Below, one piece after another: positions 63,461 to 64,000 of a stretch of DNA of 64,000 bases. The notes under the pieces are model-generated. The model was not told where the DNA came from. It saw nothing but the letters and a program-made list of their open reading frames with translations, and searched no databases. Every line of letters starts with the position of its first letter. The stretch's first letter is position 1. The DNA comes from Candidatus Aenigmatarchaeota archaeon (GTDB taxonomy: Archaea; Aenigmatarchaeota; Aenigmatarchaeia; Aenigmatarchaeales; Aenigmatarchaeaceae): contig JBDRJK010000019.1 in NCBI GenBank assembly GCA_043814985.1, positions 64,001-128,000 on the forward strand, written 5' to 3'. The position numbers and the translations under genes were made by a program.

Positions 63461-63698
63461 TAATAGCATCACCTTCATTTAAATCAAAATATTCTCCATC
63501 GATTTCTATTTTGCCATTGCCTTTAGAAATGAATATCATTTCTTTCGATACTTTGCTTACGACCCTTCCCCTTTCTGGATACCTTCCTCTTATCTCTATG
63601 AAGGCAACGTCAATATCCTTATCCTTATGCCCATATTCATAAGCTATGCAACTAGGAGTGTTAGCATGTTTTTTTCTTTCTGATTTTTTTACTATCAT
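63360..63698 (-). CDS. cupin domain protein
   Basis: E.IFISKGNG.I.IDG....L..GD.I.I.P..K. Confidence 0.85.
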   Translation of the reverse strand: MIVKKSERKKHANTPSCIAYEYGHKDKDIDVAFIEIRGRYPERGRVVSKVSKEMIFISKGNGKIEIDGEYFDLNEGDAIIIQPNQKYFFEGKLDLVFSCNPSWNPENYENVD

Positions 63699-64000
63699 TT
63701 AATCACCAATGATATTCTTAGGTTCCTTCCCTTATCAAAATGAGCTGTTTGGAGCAAATATCTTACTTTTTTATCAATCATAAATCTAGAACCCTTTGAT
63801 ACAGCTAACCTAATGTCTTTGTTTTTGAAAGTGTATTTTGGGAATTTACCGAAGTAATCATTTCTAGTCTGTTGAGCAATGTTTACATCTACAGGAACCC
63901 ACCAACCCCTTTGATAGAATTCTGCCCAAACATGCATATCAAACCAGTTACTATGAAGTTTTGAATTCTTCAACCAAGACCAACCATCTCTCATAAAATA
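63695..64000 (-). CDS. transglutaminase-like domain protein, C-terminal part (extends beyond the window)
   Basis: HVWAEFY..GWWVPVD motif. Confidence 0.8.
   Translation of the reverse strand, partial: YFMRDGWSWLKNSKLHSNWFDMHVWAEFYQRGWWVPVDVNIAQQTRNDYFGKFPKYTFKNKDIRLAVSKGSRFMIDKKVRYLLQTAHFDKGRNLRISLVIK

Overview
Low-GC archaeal chromosome segment. Its gene content and style suggest a DPANN lineage such as Aenigmarchaeota, but this is an inference. Most of it is core information-processing genes: S26e, Rpo4, Trm1, aIF5B, S6e, aIF2-gamma, S19e, L39e, L31e, aIF6, prefoldin, FtsY, SRP54, TrmY, Pus10, L21e, class I LysRS, NusA, L30e, RNA polymerase, L37e, Sm and S8e. It also holds a stand-alone 5S rRNA and nine tRNA genes, four with introns. 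Notable points: (1) a compact archaeal modified mevalonate pathway cluster that also appears to carry its own prenylated-FMN supply and maturation genes (UbiX, an LpdD-like protein, a Nudix hydrolase); (2) RpoB and RpoA' fused into one ~1,910-aa ORF; (3) a tandem array of tiny, integrase-less single-gene cassettes behind tRNA-Leu(GAG), bounded by progressively decayed copies of the tRNA 3' end; (4) 35-36 nt tRNA-Met and tRNA-Trp introns that look like minimal box C/D guides aimed at their own C34; (5) an Rpp21-like ORF lacking its zinc ribbon; (6) an AT-rich signalling island (7TM-PAS histidine kinase, receiver protein, CheC-like protein, His-bearing small membrane proteins). All calls come from motif recognition by eye; no searches were run.
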